Shown piece by piece: positions 1-12,655 of a DNA stretch of 64,000 bases (the first letter of the stretch is position 1; each line of letters begins with the position of its first letter). Below the pieces are notes generated by a model. The model was not told the origin of the DNA, did no database searches, and saw only the letters and a program-made list of their open reading frames with translations. This stretch comes from Antedon mediterranea (taxonomy: Eukaryota; Animalia; Echinodermata). A program made the position numbers and the translations under genes. The DNA is taken from assembly GCF_964355755.1 (NCBI RefSeq), contig NC_092670.1, positions 28,508,388 through 28,572,387 on the forward strand, read 5' to 3'.

Positions 1-3000
1 TATTCTAAGCACTTTGGTGTTTTTGTGTTAACAAGTTTTTTCGAAAATCACAAAATGGTCTAAAACGTCTCCAAACGCGATTTAAAGCTATTCTGTATAC
101 TTTGCTGTTTTGTGTGAATAATTTTTGTCGAAATGCTCAAAATGGTCAAAAACGTTTTTAAATACGATATTAAGCTATTTTGTGCTCTTTGATGTTTTTG
201 TGTGAAAAGTTTTATCGAAATGCTCAAAATGGTCTGAAACGGTTTCTAATGTGATTTTAAGCACTTTGATGTTTTTATGTTAACAACTTTTTTAGAAAAT
301 CAAGAAATGGTCTAAAACGTCTCCAAATGCGATTTGAAGCTATTCTAAGCACTTTGGTGTTTTTATGTTAACGAGTTTTTTCGAAAATCACTAAATGGTC
401 TAAAATGTCTCCAAATGCGATTTCAAGCTATTCTTAGCACTTTGGTGTTTTTATGTTAACAAGTTTTTTCGAAAATCACAAAATGGTCTAAAACGTCTGC
501 AAATGCGATTTCAAGCTATTCTAAGCACTTTGGTGTTTTTATGTTAACGATTTTTTTCGAAAATCACAAAATGGTCTAAAACGTCTCCAATTGCGATTTC
601 AAGCTATTCTTAGCACTTTGGTGTTTTTATGTTAACAAGTTATTTCGAAAATCACAAAATGGTCTAAAACGTCTACAAGTGCGATTTTAAGCTATTCTAA
701 GCACTTTGGTGTTTTTATGTTAACAAGTTTTTTCGAAAATCACAAAATGGTGTAAAACGTCTCCAAATGCGATTTTAAGCTATTCTAAGCAATTTGGTGT
801 TTTTATGTTAACAAGTTTTTTCGAAAATCACAAAATGGTCTAAAACGTCTCCAAATGCGATTTGAAGCTATTCTGTAAACTTTGCTGTTTTGTGTGAATA
901 ATTTTTGTCGAAATGCTCAAAATGGTCAAAAACGTTTTTAAATACGATATTAAGCTATTTTGTGCTCTTTGATTTTTTTGTGTGAAAAGTTTTATCGAAA
1001 TGCTCAAAATGGTCTAAAACGGTTTCTAATGTGATTTTAAGCACTTTGGTGTTTTTATGTTAACAAGTTTTTTCGAAAATCACAAAATGGTCTAAAACGT
1101 CTCCAAATGCGATTTGAAGCTATTCTAAACACTTTGGTGTTTTTATGTTGACAAGTTTTTTCGAAAATCACAAAATGGTCTAAAACGTCTCCAAATGCAA
1201 TTTGAAGCTATTCTAAGCACTTTGGTGTTTTATGTTAACAACTTTTTTCGAAAATCACAAAAAGGTCTAAAATGTCTCCAAATGCGATTTGAAGCTATTC
1301 TTAGCACTTTGGTGTTTTTATGTTAACAAGTTTTTTCGAAAATCACAAAATGGTCTAAAACGTCTCCAAAAGCGATTTGAAGCTATTCTGTACACTTTGC
1401 TGTTTTGTGTGAAAAATTTTTGTCGAAATGCTCAAAATGGTCAAAAACGTTTTTAAATACGATATTAAGCTATTTTGTGCTCTTTGATGTTTTTGTGTGA
1501 AAAGTTTTAGCGAAATGCTCAAAATGGTCTAAAACAGTTTTTAATGTGATTTTAAGCACTTTGATGTTTTATGTTAACAAGTTTTTTACGAAAATCACAA
1601 AATGGTCTAAAACGTCTCCAAATGCGATTTGAAGCTATTCTAAGCACTTTTGTGTTTTTATGTTAACAAGTTTTTTCGAAAATCACAAAATGGTCTAAAA
1701 TATTTCCAAATGCGATTTGAAGCTTTTCTAAGCACTTTGGTGTTTTTATGTTTACAAGTTTTTTCGAAAATCACAAAATGGTCTAAAACGTCTCCAAATG
1801 CGAATTGAAGCTATTCTAAGCAATTTGGTGTTTTTATGTTAACAAGTTTTTTAGAAAATCACAAAATGGTCTAAAACGTCTCCAAATGCGATTTGAAGCT
1901 ATTCTAAGCACTTTTGTGTTTTTATGTTAACAAGTTTTTTCGAAAATCACAAAATGGTCTAAAACGTCTCCAAATGCGATTTTAAGCTATTCTAAGCACT
2001 TTGGTGTTTTTATGTTAACAAGTTATTTCGAAAATCACAAAATGGTCTAAAACGTCTCCAAATGCGATTTGAAGCTATTCTAAGCAATTTGGTGTTTTTA
2101 TGTTAACAAGTTTTTTAGAAAATCACAAAATGGTCTAAAACGTCTCCAAATGCGATTTGAAGCTATTTTAAGCACTTTGGTGTTTTGTGTGAATAATTTT
2201 TGTCAAAATGCTCAAAATGGTCAAAAACGTTTTTAAATACTATATTAAGCTATTTTGTGCTCTTTGATGTTTTTGTGTGAAAAGTTTTATCGAAATGCTC
2301 AAAATGGTCTAAAACGGTTTCTAATGTGATTTTAAGCACTTTGATGTTTTTATGTTAACAACTTTTTTAGAAAATCACAAAATGGTCTAAAACGTCTCCA
2401 AATGCGATTTGAAGAAATTCTAAGCACTTTGGTGTTTTTATGTTAACGAGTTTTTTCGAAAATCACAAAATGGTCTAAAACGTCTCCAAATGCGATTTGA
2501 AGCTATTCTAAGCACTTTGGTGTTTTTATGTTAACAAGTTTTTTCGAAAATCACAAAATGGTATAAAACGTTTCCAAATGCGATGTTAAGCTATTCTAAG
2601 CAATTTGGTGTTTTTATGTTAACAAGTTTTTTCGAAAATCACAAAATGGTCTAAAACGTCTCCAAATGCGATTTGAAGCTATTCTAAGCACTTTTGTGTT
2701 TTTATGTTAACAAGTTTTTTCGAAAATCACAAAATCGTCTAAAACGTCTCCAAATGCGATGTTAAGCTATTCTAAGCAATTTCGTGTTTTTATGTTAACA
2801 AGTTTTTTCGAAAATCACAAAATGGTCTAAAACGTCTCCAAATGCGATTTGAAGTTATTCTAAGCACTTTTGTGTTTTTATGTTAACAAGTTTTTTCGAA
2901 AATCACAAAATGGTCTAAAATGTCTCCAAATGCGATTTGAAGCTTTTCTAAGCACTTTGGTGTTTTTATGTTTACAAGTTTTTTCGAAAATCACAAAATG

Positions 3001-6000
3001 GTCTAAAACGTCTCCAAATGCGATTTGAAGCTATTCTAAGCAATTTGGTGTTTTTATGTTAACAAGTTTTTTTCGAAAATCACAAAATTGTCTAAAACGT
3101 CTCCAAATGCGATTTGAAGCTATTCTAAGCACTTTGGTGTTTTTATGTTTACAAGTTTTTTCGAAAATCACAAAATGGTCTAAAACGTCTCCAAATGCGA
3201 TTTGAAGCTATTCTGTACACTTTGCTGTTTTGTGTGAATAATTTTTGTCGAAATGCTAAAAATGGTCAAAAACGTTTTTAAATACGATATTAAGCTATTT
3301 TGTGCTCTTTGATGTTTTAATGTGAAAAGTTTTATCGAAATGCTCAAAATGGTCTAAAACGGTTTCTAATTTGATTTTAAGCACTTTGATGTTTTTATGT
3401 TAACGAGTTTTTTCGAAAATCACAAAATGGTCTAAAATGTCTCCAAATGCGATTTCAAGCTATTCTTAGCACTTTGATGTTTTTATGTTAACAACTTTTT
3501 TAGAAAATCACAAAATGGTCTAAAACGTCTCCAAATGCGATTTGAAGAAATTCTAAGCACTTTGGTGTTTTTATGTTAACGAGTTTTTTCGAAAATCACA
3601 AAATGGTCTAAAACGTCTCCAAATGCGATTTGAAGCTATTCTAAGCACTTTGGTGTTTTTATGTTAACAAGTTTTTTCGAAAATCACAAAATGGTATAAA
3701 ACGTCTCCAAATGCGATGTTAAGCTATTCTAAGCAATTTGGTGTTTTTATGTTAACAAGTTTTTTCGAAAATCACAAAATGGTCTAAAACGTCTCCAAAT
3801 GCGATTTGAAGCTATTCTAAGCACTTTTGTGTTTTTATGTTAACAAGTTTTTTCGAAAATCACAAAATGGTCTAAAACGTCTCCAAATGCGATTTGAAGC
3901 TATTCTAAGCACTTTTGTGTTTTTATGTTAACAAGTTTTTTCGAAAATCACAAAATCGTCTAAAACGTCTCCAAATGCGATGTTAAGCTATTCTAAGCAA
4001 TTTGGTGTTTTTATGTTAACAAGTTTTTTCGAAAATCACAAAATGGTCTAAAACGTCTCCAAATGCGATTTGAAGCTATTTTAAGCACTTTGGTGTTTTG
4101 TGTGAATAATTTTTGTCAAAATGCTCAAAATGGTCAAAAACGTTTTTAAATACTATATTAAGCTATTTTGTGCTCTTTGATGTTTTTGTGTGAAAAGTTT
4201 TATCGAAATGCTCAAAATGGTCTAAAACGGATTCTAAAGTGATTTTAAGCACTTTGATGTTTTTATGTTAACAACTTTTTTAGAAAATCACAAAATGGTC
4301 TAAAACGTCTCCAAATGCGATTTGAAGAAATTCTAAGCACTTTGGTGTTTTTATGTTAACGAGTTTTTTCGAAAATCACAAAATGGTCTAAAACGTCTCC
4401 AAATGCGATTTGAAGCTATTCTAAGCACTTTGGTGTTTTTATGTTAACAAGGTTTTTCGAAAATCACAAAATGGTATAAAACGTCTCCAAATGCGATTTT
4501 AAGCTATTCTAAGCAATTTGGTGTTTTTATGTTAACAAGTTTTTTCGAAAATCACAAAATGGTCTAAAACGTCTCCAAATGCGATTTAAAGCTATTCTGT
4601 ATACTTTGCGGTTTTGTGTGAATAATTTTTGTCGAAATGCTCAAAATGGTCAAAAACGTTTTTAAATACGATATTAAGCTATTTTGTGCTCTTTGATGTT
4701 TTTGTGTGAAAAGTTTTATCGAAATGCTCAAAATGGTCTAAAACGGTTTCTAATGTGATTTTAAGCACTTTGATGTTTTTATGTTAACAAGTTTTTTCGA
4801 AAATCACAAAATGGTCTAAAACGTCTCCAAATGCGATTTGAAGCTATTCTAAGCACTTTGGTGTTTTTATGTTAACAAGTTTTTTCGAAAATCACCAAAT
4901 GGTCTAAAACGTCTCCAAATGCGATTTGAAGCTATTTGGTGTTTTTATGTAACCAAGTTTTTTCGAAAATCACAAAAGGGTCTAAAACATCTCCAAATGC
5001 GATTTGAAGCTATTCTGTACACTTTGCTGTTTTTATGTTAACAAGTTTTTTCGAAAATCACAAAATGGTCTAAAACGTCTCCAAATGCGATTTGAAGCTA
5101 TTCTGTACACTTTGCCATTTTGTGTGAATAATTTTTGTCAAAATGCTCAAAATGGTCAAAAACGTTTTTAAATACTATATTAAGCTATGTTTTGCTCTTT
5201 GATGTTTTTGTGTGAAAAGTTTTTTTATCGAAATGCTCAAAATGGTCTAAAACGGTTTCTAATGTGATTTTAAGCACTTTGATGTTTTTATGTTAACAAC
5301 TTTTTTAGAAAATCACAAAATGGTCTAAAACGTCTCCAAATGCGATTTGAAGCAATTCTAAGCACTTTGGTGTTTTTATGTTAACATGTTTTTTTCGAAA
5401 ATCACAAAATGGTCTAAAACGTCTCCAAATGCGATTTGAAGCTATTCTAAACACCTTGGTGTTTTTATGTTAACAAGTTTTTTCGAAAATCACAAAATGG
5501 TCTAAAACGTCTCCAAATGCGATTTGAAGCTATTCTAAGCACTTTGGTGTTTTTATGTTAACAAGTTTTTTCGAAAATCACAAAATGGTCTAAAACGTCT
5601 CCAAATGCGATTTAAAGCTATTCTGTATACTTTGTGGTTTTGTGTGAATAATTTTTGTCGAAATGCTCAAAATGGTCAAAAACGTTTTTAAATACTATAT
5701 TAAGCTATTTTGTGCTCTTTGATGTTTTTGTGTGAAAAGTTTTATCGAAATGCTCAAAATGGTCTAAAACGGTTTCTAATGTGATTTTAAGCACTTTGAT
5801 GTTTTTATGTTAACAACTTTTTATAGAAAATCACAAGATGGTCTAAAACGTCTCCAAATGCGATTTGAAGCAATTCTAAGCACTTTGGTGTTTTTATGTT
5901 AACAAGTTTTTTCGAAAATCACAAAATGGTCTAAAACGTCTCCAAATGCGATTTGTAGCTATTCTAAGCACTTTGGTGTTTTTATGTTAACAAGTTTTTT

Positions 6001-7080
6001 CGAAAATCACAAAATGGTCTAAAACGTCTACAAATGCGATTTAAAGCTATTCTGTATACTTTGTGGTTTTGTGTGAATAATTATTGTCGAAATGCTCAAA
6101 ATGATCAAAAACGTTTTTAAATACGATATTAAGCTATTTTGTGCTCTTTGATGTTTTTGTGTGAAAAGTTTTATCGAAATGCTCAAAATGGTCTAAAACG
6201 GTTTCTAATGTGATTTTAAGCACTTTGATGTTTTTATGTTAACAACTTTTTTAGAAAATCACAAAATGGTCTAAAACGTCTCCAAATGCGATTTGAAGCA
6301 ATTCTAAGCACTTTGGTGTTTTTATGGTAACGAGTTTTTTTGAAAATCACAAAATGGTCTAAAATGTCTCCAAATGCGATTTCAAGCTATTCTTAGCACT
6401 TTGATGTTTTTATGTTAACAAGTTATTTCGAAAATCACAAAATGGTCTAAAACGTCTCCAAATGCGATTTGAAGCTATTCTAAGCACTTTGGTGTTTTTA
6501 TGTTAACAAGTTTTTTCGAAAATCACAAAATGGTCTAAAACGTCTCCAAATGCGATTTGAAGCTATTCTGTACACTTTGCCATTTTGTGTGAATAATTTT
6601 TGTCAAAATGCTCAAAATGGTCAAAAACGTTTTTAAATACTATATTAAGCTATTTTGTGCTCTTTGATGTTTTTGTGTGAAAAGTTTTTTATCGAAATGC
6701 TCAAAATGGTCTAAAACGGTTTCTAATGTGATTTTAAGCACTTTGATGTTTTTATGTTAACAAGTTTTTTCGAAAATCACAAAATGGTCTAAAACGTCTC
6801 CAAATGCGATTTGAAGCAATTCTAAGCACTTTGGTGTTTTTATGTTAACAAGTTTTTTCGAAAATCACAAAATGGTCTAAAACGTCTCCAAATGCGATTT
6901 GAAGCTATTTTAAGCACTTTGGTGTTTTTGTGTAACCAAGTTTTTTCGAAAATCACAAAATGGTCTAAAATGTCTCAAAATGCGATTTGAAGCTTTTCTA
7001 AGCACTTTTGTGTTTTTATGTTAACAAGTTTTTTCGAAAATCACAAAATGGTCTAAAATGTCTCCAAATGCGATTTGAAG
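1..7080 (+). repeat. Satellite 1: 88-bp tandem repeat with variable higher-order structure
   Basis: Monomer TATTCTAAGCACTTTGGTGTTTTTATGTTAACAAGTTTTTTCGAAAATCACAAAATGGTCTAAAACGTCTCCAAATGCGATTTGAAGC recurs at 341, 429, 517 (88-bp period). Fixed variant trio at 89-175 (87 bp), 176-262 (87 bp) and 263-340 (78 bp) recurs between runs of canonical monomers. Confidence 0.97.
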
Positions 7081-7367
7081 TAGTGGGTTCGAACCTCTTG
7101 GGATATTTCTTTTCTTTCTTTTTTTTAATTGAAAATAAATATTTTTTTTGAAAGTGAGATATTTTGAGGGTTGTAAATATCAGGCCTAAACAAGTGAACC
7201 TTTTTTAAAATCAGAAACAAAGTTGCATGGCATTATTTTTCATTGATTGATCATTAATTTCATATAAATAGACTATTATCAGCTCTTCAGTTATCTACTG
7301 GTTTGTGGCGTAACGGGTAATACCCAGGTTTGAGTGCTCTCAGTAGCGGGTTCCAACCTCTAAAGAT
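7081..7367 (+). repeat. Satellite 2 (~258-bp, tRNA-like head), left part interrupted by the Ngaro element
   Basis: Same unit as 14450-17321. It stops at ...TTCCAACCTCTAAAGAT and resumes at ATTGCTTTTT after the retrotransposon. Confidence 0.93.
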
Positions 7368-7487
7368 AATTAAGAATTGGGTTAAGAACACAATTCTATT
7401 TTGAGAACGGAGAGGGCGGGTTTTCGACCTCTTTAATCAAGCACGCTCTCTGTTAACACGATCACATTAAGTTAAAGAAAATTTTCT
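7368..7487 (+). repeat. Split direct repeat A1 (120 bp)
   Basis: AATTAAGAATTGGGTTAAG...GAAAATTTTCT, identical by eye to 14081-14200. Confidence 0.95.
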
Positions 7488-7833
7488 TATTTTTCCATCA
7501 CCGATTTCCATCCTAATACGACAACTTTTTACAAGTAAGTTTTCTAACAATTCGGCACCTTATGCGACACAACTCAGTTACTCATAATTTCCACGACTAC
7601 AAATACAGCCCTTCCATTATGGAAGGTCTACCTATATGTACTGTATGTGGTAACGTGAGTGAATTTTAGGGTGTGTCCAGGCTACTTGGTGGGATTCCAT
7701 TTTTACACGAGGGCCAACTGTACTAATGTTCGCTCGCCATTGTGATTTACCACACGTTTTTTTTCGACTTTATATATATAAATAATATAATATATATATA
7801 TATATTTCTGTATACTTTACACAATTACTCTCT

Positions 7834-8387
7834 TATATGTCGTGCGATGAATGACTCGCACATGAATTGTATATGTCATGCGATAACGACTCGCACAGTT
7901 ACTTTTGCCTTAGTCGAAGACAAGACCATACATAAATCCTCTTATATGTCGTGCGATGAATGACCCGCACATGAATTGTATATGTCGTGCGATAACGACT
8001 CGCACATGAATTTTATATGTCGTTCGATAACGACTCGCACATTTACCTTCGCCTTAGTCGAAGACAGGGCCCATACATAAATCCTCTTGTATGTCGTGCG
8101 ATTACCGACTCGCACATGAATTTTATATGTCGTGCGATAATGACTCGCACATTCACTTTCGCCTTAGTTGAAGACAAGGCCCATACATAAATCTTCTATG
8201 TATGTCGTGCGATTAACGACTCGCACATTAATTTTACATGTCGTGCGATAATGACTCGCACATTTACTTTCGCCTTAGTCGAAGACAAGGCCCATACACA
8301 AATCCTCTTATATGTCGTGCGATGAATGACTCGCACATGAATTATATATGTCGTGCGATAACGACTCGCACAGTTACTTTCGCCTTA
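7834..8387 (+). repeat. Tandem hairpin-core repeat array in the Ngaro 5' region (continues 9204-9238 after the MITE)
   Basis: 11 copies of the core TATATGTCGTGCGATAACGACTCGCACA in ~35-bp and ~75-bp units, forming ~110-bp higher-order units that end in CGCCTTAGTCGAAGACAAGGCCCATACATAAATCCTCT. Confidence 0.92.
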
Positions 8388-9203
8388 GGGCCTGTTTCTG
8401 CTGCAACTGCTCAAAATACGGTATAGAGATACGGTATAAAATACGGCATTTTTTGTACCGTGTTTTTTAGTACCCCGTTTCTGCTTACAATACTTCTTGG
8501 GTGGTCGTGTTAAATTTCATCTTTTTTACCCAAATTGCCATTCATTTATTTGGTCGATAATTAAAAGTCGCAATAAAGGAAGTTTTACGTCTCACTTTCA
8601 ACAGCCTAGCCCTAGTGATAGAGATGTTGTGAGAGCACAGAAAACATCGTAATGGGGACAATTAATTCGTTCCCTCCCCGAGTTATTGTATTTTGCAATG
8701 TTGTATTGCTTTCGCAGGCTCTTCAGCTTTGAGTTTACTTGCTTTGGAGACAAGTCTATTCCATACTCCTGCTTTATTTTTTTAGAAATGTCTTTATAAA
8801 TGTGGTTGTCCCTTTTATTAGTTGGCCAGACATTTTAGCTTCCCCACACACATTTATTTAGTAAAACTGTGACGTCTTCGCTCCACATTTTCGCCAAATA
8901 TATCTATACACGTGTGTAAAGCATCTGACAGCGACAGAAAATAAAAATACGAATGTTGACCTTTTGTCATGTAAAAAAAAAATACGGTATTTTTTATTGG
9001 CAGCAGAAGCGGGTACAAAAAGTGCGGTATAGATTTGTAAATACCGTATTTTATCCACAAATTTTGTGGGGAAAATGCGGTATACAAAATACGGTATATT
9101 TTTTATGAGCGCAGTTTCTGCTGCCAAAAATATACCGTGTATATACGGTATTCAAAAAATACCGTATAATGTACGGTATTTAGTTGGCAGCCGAAACAGG
9201 GCC
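8388..9203. mobile_element. PIF/Harbinger-type MITE (816 bp)
   Basis: TTA duplicated at 8385-8387 and 9204-9206; imperfect TIRs GGGCCTGTTTCTGCTGC / GCAGCCGAAACAGGGCC; many subterminal ATACGGTAT/ATACCGTAT motifs; splits a CGCCTTA|GTCG repeat unit; no transposase ORF. Confidence 0.9.
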
Positions 9204-9498
9204 TTAGTCGACGACAGGGCCCATACATAAATCCTCTCGTAGGAAGTTGTGATAACAGCTCTTTTAACAGTACTGTATTAGGTTCAGGCCCAAGAGTACG
9301 ATTTATACTGAAATCGGGCGTGCTTTAACTGCCAGGCACTATAGTAACCGCAAACCACATTACACATTGGTATGGTATGTCGGGCGATAACAGACTAGCA
9401 TTTTCGCCTTAGTAATCAGAAATTAAAACTTCGAGTATCCAGTTTTCCCTACTGTGTGATATATTCACTAAGGGACACTGTTGCTTATTTATTTCATT

Positions 9499-9725
9499 TA
9501 TATATATTAATTTAATAATGTATGTTATTTTACATGTGCATGTGTATGTATGTGTATGTGTATATGTATATATGTGTATGTATATATATATGTATATGTA
9601 TATGTGTATGATCTCTACCGTTTCAAATTAATTAATTAAATTTCAGTATATCACCGGGCGGTTTAGAATTAATGTTCTTTGCCTAATGTGTCTATATATG
9701 TATATATATATATTAATATATACAC
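9499..9725. repeat. (TA)n/(TATG)n microsatellite within Ngaro 5' region
   Basis: Runs such as tgtgtatgtatgtgtatgtgtatatgtatatatg. Confidence 0.8.
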
Positions 9726-9907
9726 ACTTCTAAAAGCTAACTTTCTATATTAACGTCTACGAATTTAAGCTTTGAATTCAGCCTAGCTCCATTATACGTG
9801 TATAATACCAATAATAATTATATCGAACGGCAATACACACTACGTTTGGTAAACATTATTAACATTTTGTATTGTCTTCTTATACCGATTTCTGCTAGGG
9901 GTTCATA

Positions 9908-11035
9908 ATGGCCAAACGGACAGCACGTAAGACACAGAAACAACAAACAGCACCCAAACAATCCAACAACACTTCTGGGGCTTCTGGTGCACCTAAAAGG
10001 AAAGCACAAACTACACCTAAACAACTAGCTAAGAAGAAAAAGCTCCCTACCACTGCTTCTACCAGTACAGCTAATACTGACAAAAGTAACGCTTCGGCGG
10101 TTTCCGCTGAGGTCTCGGAAAGGCTGGACAAAACGGAGCACATGATTTCTGGATTGGCCGAGGTAGTTACTAATTTGAGTAAGTGTGGGGAGTCTAATAT
10201 AGGCATATCCGATACCACTACTACAATAGCTAATGACGGAGAACTAAACAACACTCGCTTCTTCGACGACACAACACCAAATACTATATCAGATATTACC
10301 ACCATGCCACTCACTCAAGCACCAGCTAAAGACACATTTATTCCATATACTATTGTTGAAGGAGATGCAGCTCAAAACCCCCTCCGGTATACCGGGGGAA
10401 TTAAGGCCGGAGCTTTGGTCCCCGACAAATTAAAAATAAAAATTAAAGACCACAAATATGTTGAGTTCTCAGATATCGTTAACCCAGACGAAATGGTGCC
10501 AAAAAAGAAAAAACGATTCTTGACCGAACATGAATGGTCCATGGCATTTTACGACTTCGCCACCTTACACCTAAGCTATCACCCTGCAGATATGCAAGAC
10601 ATTTTCACTTACGCAAAGCAAATCCAAATCATGATGCGAAACAACGCACAAAATTGGCGGTCATACGATGAGGCTTTTCGGAGAGCTAGGGAACATACCA
10701 AATGCTCATGGGCCACAGTATGGGGCGACCTTATTCACAACTTAATGCTACAACGCTATCGCCCACAAAGTCATTTTCGGGGCTTTAACACCCCACCTTT
10801 CAACAGGAAGACCACCGATTCCCAAATACCACTTGGATACTGCCAATCATACCACACCCCAGCGCGAAAGTGCTCACAACCATACCGCTGTAAGTACTCT
10901 CATCAATGCTTTAAATGCTCCGAAGACAGGCCACACCCATATTTCCTGTGCAAACGAGTTACAAATCAATCACGACACCCATCAACAACAACATCCCCTG
11001 CTAACCCCACTGCCAACCCCCCTAAGGGTAGATAA
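9908..11035 (+). CDS. gag: Ngaro ORF1, Gag-like protein with C-terminal Cys/His zinc finger
   Basis: 375-aa ATG ORF; WRSYDEAFRR motif and CQSYH..C....C.Y.H.C..C....H....C finger typical of DIRS/Ngaro ORF1; lies upstream of the RT ORF. Confidence 0.85.
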   Translation: MAKRTARKTQKQQTAPKQSNNTSGASGAPKRKAQTTPKQLAKKKKLPTTASTSTANTDKSNASAVSAEVSERLDKTEHMISGLAEVVTNLSKCGESNIGISDTTTTIANDGELNNTRFFDDTTPNTISDITTMPLTQAPAKDTFIPYTIVEGDAAQNPLRYTGGIKAGALVPDKLKIKIKDHKYVEFSDIVNPDEMVPKKKKRFLTEHEWSMAFYDFATLHLSYHPADMQDIFTYAKQIQIMMRNNAQNWRSYDEAFRRAREHTKCSWATVWGDLIHNLMLQRYRPQSHFRGFNTPPFNRKTTDSQIPLGYCQSYHTPARKCSQPYRCKYSHQCFKCSEDRPHPYFLCKRVTNQSRHPSTTTSPANPTANPPKGR

Positions 11036-12593
11036 ACTCGAAACCCTTCTCTCGGGATATTCCAACAAAGATTACCTCATTTCCGGCTTTAAAAATGGTT
11101 TTTTCCTGAATTACGACGGTCCTGAAGCCGGATTTACTGCAAAAAATTCAGTATCGGCATTACAGAAACCTCAAATTATCCAACTGATGATTGCTAAAGA
11201 GATTGCTACAGGGCGTATCGCTGGTCCATTCGAGTCGCCCTCATTTCTACATTTCAAATCGTCACCTCTGAGTTTGAGGGAGAAATCCGTTGCAGGAAAA
11301 TACAGATTAATTCATAACTTATCATATCCGCACGACGAAAGATCAGTGAATCATAATATTCCGCAACATTACAAAACAGTCCACTACGAAAATATATCCA
11401 CAGCCGTAAATATCATTCAAAAATCCACCTACCCAGCCTACCTATCCAAAAGCGATATTCAAGATGCTTTCCGACTTATTCCCTTGCACAAAACGCAGTA
11501 TCACCTTACCGGTTTCTCTTGGCGAAACAAACTGTACTACGATAAGGTCCTCCCACAAGGGTGTGGATCCTCTTGTAGAATTTTTGAATCGTTTTCAGAC
11601 GGAATAAAATGGATACTGACAAATAAACTAGCATGTAAAAACGTAGTCAAGATATTAGACGATTTCCTGCTTATAGGCGATACAAAACATGAGTGCCAAA
11701 GGTACCTTAACAATCTCATTGCCCTATCAGATGAAATTGGCCTTCCTCTCTCCCCGCACAAAACAGTGGAGCCAACTACAAAATTAACCTTCTTAGGGAT
11801 CGAACTGGATACGCGAGCTATGGTAGCCAGATTACCCAAGGACAAACTAGAAAAGTATAGGTCCGAATTAAAAAAATGGTCGAGTTCACATTACATAACA
11901 CTCAGAGAACTTCAATCTCTTACCGGCAAACTTCAGTTCGCCACGTGCGTTATTAAGACCGGCAAGGCTTTCCTTACAAGACTATATACACTCACAAAAG
12001 GTCAAACAAATCCCGACTCAAAAATACGTATTACTCAAGGAGTACGTGAAGACTTGAAAATTTGGATACAATTTGTTGACCAATACAATGGCACCACTAT
12101 CATCAATGTACTACCAAAAAAGGACTCCGAATGCCTTCACTTCTTTTCAGATGCTTCCAAAAGGGAATTTGGTGCTACATTTGGGGCTACGTGGGTACAC
12201 GGCATATGGCCAGAACGTTGGAAGAAGTTAGATATAATGGTTTTAGAAATGTACCCTATTTATCTCATGATATCACTGTACTCAAACCAACTGGCCAACA
12301 CTCGTGTAGTATTTCACACCGATAACCTACCCAATGTCTATCACGTTAACAACAAAACTAGTTCTAATTCTGATGTAATGCGCATAATCAGGGCGTTAGT
12401 ATTAGTACTACTTACACATAATATACATCTAACCGCCAGGCATATACCAGGTATTAAAAATGTACTAAGTGATGCAATTTCCCGTTCACAGGTAACAAAA
12501 AAACTTCTCAAACAATTCGGAATGCATCAAAACCCATTAACAATACCACCACATCTGCTACCAGAGAACTTCGCTGCATTCAAGAAAACCTGA
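10833..12593 (+). CDS. pol: Ngaro reverse transcriptase + RNase H
   Basis: KYRLIHNLS, SKSDIQDAFRLIP, LPQG, ILDDFL, FLGIELD (RT); FFSDAS, LEMYPI, HTDN, HIPG.KN..SDAISR (RNase H); uninterrupted; TTG start, so the true start is uncertain. Confidence 0.95.
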   Translation: MDTANHTTPQRESAHNHTAVSTLINALNAPKTGHTHISCANELQINHDTHQQQHPLLTPLPTPLRVDKLETLLSGYSNKDYLISGFKNGFFLNYDGPEAGFTAKNSVSALQKPQIIQLMIAKEIATGRIAGPFESPSFLHFKSSPLSLREKSVAGKYRLIHNLSYPHDERSVNHNIPQHYKTVHYENISTAVNIIQKSTYPAYLSKSDIQDAFRLIPLHKTQYHLTGFSWRNKLYYDKVLPQGCGSSCRIFESFSDGIKWILTNKLACKNVVKILDDFLLIGDTKHECQRYLNNLIALSDEIGLPLSPHKTVEPTTKLTFLGIELDTRAMVARLPKDKLEKYRSELKKWSSSHYITLRELQSLTGKLQFATCVIKTGKAFLTRLYTLTKGQTNPDSKIRITQGVREDLKIWIQFVDQYNGTTIINVLPKKDSECLHFFSDASKREFGATFGATWVHGIWPERWKKLDIMVLEMYPIYLMISLYSNQLANTRVVFHTDNLPNVYHVNNKTSSNSDVMRIIRALVLVLLTHNIHLTARHIPGIKNVLSDAISRSQVTKKLLKQFGMHQNPLTIPPHLLPENFAAFKKT

Positions 12594-12655
12594 TACGAGC
12601 TTCCGTCACGACTGGAACCAGAAAATCATACAACAGGGCGTGGTCAATCTTACTT

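Noticed and set aside
7834-8387. CRISPR-like array next to a reverse transcriptase
   Set aside because: Inter-core sequences are themselves repeated (no unique spacers), there are no cas genes, and the context is a eukaryotic retrotransposon.
9895-10314. Antisense ORFs over Ngaro gag/pol/YR
   Set aside because: Shadow frames of the coding strand with no recognisable domain.
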